From IMG/VR virus record IMGVR_UViG_3300045988_105900: a stretch of 33,704 bases of DNA. One strand, given 5' to 3'. Under the pieces are notes generated by a model. The model made no database searches and was not told where the DNA came from. It saw only the letters and a program-made list of their open reading frames with translations. Below are positions 32,646-33,704 of this stretch, piece by piece. The first letter of the stretch is position 1. Each line of letters starts with the position of its first letter. Origin of the DNA: a virus. The position numbers were made by a program, and so were the translations under genes.

Positions 32646-32960
32646 ATGAACATCGAACTCACAGGCGAGGAAGTCGCCAAGGTAATCGCCGAGCAAATCG
32701 AGGAAGCCACCGGCGAGTGCTGCGAGGCATTCTCCAACGCCACCGGCTCGGTAATCACACTGCACGACACAGTGACCGCCCGCATCGTCCCACTGTTCAG
32801 CGTCATGGACGTAACGCCACTCGATGGCCCGTTCCGCCGCGAAATCACCGAAATCCCGCTGGAAGCAAGCTCAGTCAGCGGACTTAGGGAGATCGCCCAC
32901 GCAATCGACGAAGCCGCGTCGCACGTCCTAGCCGCAGCAGTGGCCACCGCCAAACACTGA
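32646..32960 (+). CDS. Acidic 104-aa hypothetical protein, monocistronic
   Basis: AAGGAGGA RBS before ATG 32646 (the track start is 32598). By my count, 17 Asp/Glu versus 6 Lys/Arg. It is followed by a strong terminator. Confidence 0.65.
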   Translation: MNIELTGEEVAKVIAEQIEEATGECCEAFSNATGSVITLHDTVTARIVPLFSVMDVTPLDGPFRREITEIPLEASSVSGLREIAHAIDEAASHVLAAAVATAKH

Positions 32961-32976
32961 CCGACGCCACACGCAC

Positions 32977-33002
32977 AGCGCCCCGCACGGGGCGCTTTTT
33001 TT
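32977..33002 (+). terminator. Rho-independent terminator
   Basis: agcgcccc gcac ggggcgct stem followed by a T7 run (32996-33002). Confidence 0.85.
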
Positions 33003-33562
33003 ATGCCCGCAAAACGATAACGATTCTCAATATCACGGGGGATACACCCCCTACACAAGGGGGGGGTGCCGGAAACCGACACACACGGAGCTTCACCGCA
33101 CGCCTTGCCGATTGCGCCGACGATGGCGAATGTGGCACGATGCCATCCAGAGCCATTCTTTGGGGCCTTGGACGGGCTTTCACGCAGAACCCTAGTACTT
33201 TTACCTTCCAGCGCTGAAAGGCTCTCAGATGCGCCTTTATTCGAGTCCACGCCTCCGGCAGCTGCGGCCATGGCAGGTGCGCATGGCGTTCCGAAGGCTC
33301 GTGCGACGCCGCACTTCGACTGATAGGGCGGCCATGTGGCGTGGTTGCGTCTTGGTTTCGGCGGATTTCCAACGCTTGGACTGGTGGCGGCCATGGTTGT
33401 GGGCGATACTTTCTGTGAAGGAATTGTGAACGGAGGTGTGACCTGCGTGATGGAATTGTGAAAGTCATATCAAAATTCGGCACTAAATTTTCCTGATTTC
33501 CGGCGTGTCATGGCGTGCCATGGTGTATCACGCGCGCGCATGAGAATGACCATCCCAAAACC

Positions 33563-33704
33563 CAATGAATGTAGGATGTAGGTGTAGGTAATAAGGGTAT
33601 ATAGATTTTTTTTGGGTCTTATATTTATATATATGCGCGCGCGCGCATATACGGCCATCGGGATGCGAGTGTCAAGTCGAATCGAAAAATGCAAAAAAAA
33701 AAAT
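33563..33704. repeat. Right copy of direct terminal repeat
   Basis: 142 nt, colinear with 1..141, with one extra G in the catcGGGGatg run. Confidence 0.9.

Noticed and set aside
26585-33068. G/C homopolymer runs of 6-8 nt (about 26594, 27331, 27636, 28148, 29108, 33059) as phase-variable tracts
   Set aside because: Most lie inside minus-strand genes, where they simply encode Pro/Pro-Pro (CCC CCC) in frame. There is no evidence of length heterogeneity within a single sequence. The exception is the unrelated G3/G4 difference in the DTR.
32624-33483. Long minus-strand ORFs 32624..33394 (256 aa) and 33001..33483 (160 aa), and the plus-strand ORF 33066..33323
   Set aside because: All three have Ala/Pro/Arg/Ser-rich low-complexity translations. 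They overlap one another, and the first runs antisense through the well-supported gene 32646..32960 and through its terminator. None has an RBS. They are typical GC-rich shadow ORFs.
1-33704. Integrated prophage, temperate lifestyle or plasmid-prophage
   Set aside because: I could recognise no integrase, excisionase, CI/Cro-type repressor pair, ParA/ParB, att-like flanks or host genes. The window begins and ends in the terminal repeat, so it is a free phage genome. The lifestyle remains undetermined.

Overview
The window looks like a complete, roughly 33.56-kb genome of a GC-rich (about 60% by eye) siphovirus-type tailed phage. A 141/142-bp direct terminal repeat bounds it: 1..141 matches 33563..33704 except for one G3/G4 indel.

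Layout:
- A long rightward (+) block, 281..21856, has almost every gene translationally coupled through ATGA/GTGA/TTGA/TAATG overlaps. It encodes an SF3-helicase/AEP-primase fusion, small proteins, head-tail connector genes, a MuF-like protein, a short portal-like protein, TerL and HNH. These are followed by the major capsid and major tail proteins, a low-GC dual-CBM ORF, G/GT chaperones with a canonical GGGAAAA slip site, tape measure, Dit, Tal, fibers, holin and a GH25 endolysin.
- A leftward (-) early block, 32302..21950, encodes three small proteins, each behind its own near-identical promoter. Next come an amidoligase plus class-II GATase-like pair, Erf, a gp2.5-like SSB, an HTH protein, VRR-NUC, a YqaJ-like exonuclease and an SNF2 helicase. 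The block ends with a nucleotide-pool cluster (NTP-PPase-like, ASCH-like, dCTP deaminase, MazG) and several small proteins under 60 aa that the ORF track misses.

I recognised no integrase, repressor, DNA polymerase, protease or small terminase.

Most interesting items:
1. The uncharacterised amidoligase/GATase pair inside the early operon.
2. Nine exactly phased 17-bp repeats, bracketed by a 24-bp inverted repeat, between divergent promoters.
3. The major tail gene and the CBM ORF, which are in the same frame and separated only by one TAG.
4. Structured termini: a Z-DNA-type palindrome, TGTAGG clusters, and an ORF-poor right end of about 560 bp.
5. The permuted helicase-then-primase domain order.
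6. A scrambled morphogenesis gene order.

All functional calls rest on motif recognition by eye. No homology search was possible.
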